Positions 62,440-64,000 of a DNA stretch of 64,000 nt are shown in pieces; position 1 is the stretch's first letter, and each line of letters begins with the position of its first letter. The DNA lies in NCBI GenBank assembly GCA_010909165.1, contig MU008178.1:756369-820368 (forward strand), given 5' to 3'. The DNA comes from Anthoceros angustus. Taxonomy: Eukaryota; Plantae; Anthocerotophyta. The translations under genes were made by a program, and so were the position numbers. The notes under the pieces were generated by a model. It did not search any database, had not been told where the DNA came from, and worked only from the letters and a program-made list of their open reading frames with translations.

Positions 62440-63998
62440 TTACGCCAACTTTGTTCCCTGCATCTGCGGTGAAGTTTGCCGACCCTCCTGTTGATTGCTG
62501 TGTACTTCATGCAACCGTGGTGGTATCTGTGGAACCAAACCCGCCAGCTCGGCTGTCCGGACATAATCGTGGATAAGACTGTGACCATAGACCTCAGAAT
62601 CAGGGAAGGAGTACTCCGGCAAATCCTGCTGTGATGAGAAGATATGTTGAGGCCCTGGATGTCTCCTCCCATGTAGATGAGCCTCAGTCGATGGCAAATA
62701 GCCCGAATACGTATAGCTGTAGGAGCCACGAACTGCAGGAGTTCCGGCAGGGACTTGTCGCAGACCCGACACCGAGGGGTTATTCGGAGCCTGCACATGA
62801 AGAGGTAGCAGAGACCGCAAGGACACAGGTCCAGAGAGAATTGGGACAGCATAGGACATCTTTTGGGCAAAGGTATCTATCTTCACAACCTGTTGCTCTT
62901 GGGTGAGGCACGACTCCTGGCTGGAGCCAGCTTCAGGACCAAGTATTTCCTGGCTGAACTGCTGCGACGAATCACCCGGAAGAAGGCCCTCTTCATCTTG
63001 GCCACCATCGATCCTGGCATCCAAGTTCTGCCCGCTGTCCAACTGTTTCTCCAGTAACTTCTCGATGCCTAGGCCTTTGTTTGCAGCTGGAACTGGCGTA
63101 ATGAGCCGTTGCTCCTTTCTCCCCATCGCAGAATCATCAGCAGGTTGACTTGCTTGTCTGTATCTTTTCCTGCCACTACCAGAAGAAAGGACAAGGGCGG
63201 AGGATGTCTGCCCTTGCCCACTGCCAAGAGGTCTTGGTCCCACATGAGCTGAGCAGGCAACAAGAACAAACCATCAACAAGCAAGGAATAAGAGCAAGAA
63301 CACAAGAGGAACTGGAGAGTGGAGAGACAACTCACGTGCTTGAGTTTGGATTGCAAGCAAAGCAGTTCGAGCGGCCTTGATTTCAGCTTCTTTCTTACTC
63401 TTCGCAAAACCCCCACTGTACTTAACCCCAGCGACTTCTACGGTCGCAGAAAACGACGGTGAGTGGTCTTCACCCGACCTGATTGACCGATATACGGGCA
63501 ATGACAAACTTGACTTCTGGGCGTACTCCTGTAAGAGGTTCTTGCATAGTCCTGATTCATGCTACAGATAGTTGCAAGCAATTACGAGGGTAAGGACTGC
63601 AAGAACGTCTTAAGAGACGCTTGTCATCGCTGAAAAGGCGCTTGGAGTGCATTTTCTGCAAACCAAGGTCACCATGGAGGCTCCAAGCATCAGGGAAAAC
63701 AGAAGATGCAATGCAATTATCCAACAAAGCTTCAGACTGGTTTGCGACATACCACGGGTGCAGGCGTCACTTTACGACCGCCACTGGTTTGCACAAGCTG
63801 CTCGAGAGCAACTTTGGCGGCCGCGTGCTCCGCGGACTTCAGATTAGGATAACCAGGGGCACTCTCATAGCTCACACCGTTGATGTTGACTGAAGCCTTG
63901 AAGCGCGGCTCGTGAGGAGCTCCCTCCTTGACAAACTCGTACACTGGAGGCGGAAGAGCTGCTTTCTGAGCATATTCTTGCAACTGACTCTTGAACAT
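62440..63998 (-). CDS. Double-stranded RNA-binding protein, HYL1/DRB1-like (two dsRBMs plus a long low-complexity tail); may start beyond the window
   Basis: FKSQLQEYAQK...P.YE.VKEG.PHEPRF...SAEHAAA and LCKNLLQEYAQK...KKEAEIKAARTALLAIQ match the recalled HYL1 dsRBM1/2. Confidence 0.87.
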
Positions 63999-64000
63999 TG

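Overview
Eukaryotic nuclear DNA from a gene-dense, GC-rich plant genome with short (about 80-130 nt) spliceosomal introns. It is most consistent with a seed-free land plant such as a hornwort (inference from intron size, GC content and gene content). About 17 protein genes can be recognised: DUF2358, FBL11-like BTB/LRR, MNM1-like AT-hook, HEMA, SDP6, a KDM2/KDM7-type JmjC, a P-class PPR, a Hydrolase_4, an F-box, two MBOAT wax-synthase-like genes, Asterix, TENA_E, CstF50, LSM1, ABCB27-like and HYL1/DRB1-like. There is also one intact tRNA-Val(TAC), plus two transposon-rich blocks. The first block (5.9-11.1 kb) holds a 5'-truncated non-LTR retrotransposon that splits a tRNA-Asp gene in its D-loop with a 6-bp TSD, a 41-bp tandem array and a decayed RLE-type (CRE-like) retrotransposon. 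The second block (16.4-28.2 kb) holds a short-LTR Copia with a 5-bp TSD that encloses a CACTA element carrying a gag-like fragment, followed by a complete PIF/Harbinger with TIRs and a TTA TSD. The most notable items are the LINE-split tRNA, the KDM2/7-like demethylase (a class lacking in Arabidopsis) and the Asterix+MBOAT tandem duplication with asymmetric gene loss. Gene identities come from recalled motif similarity only; no database searches were run.
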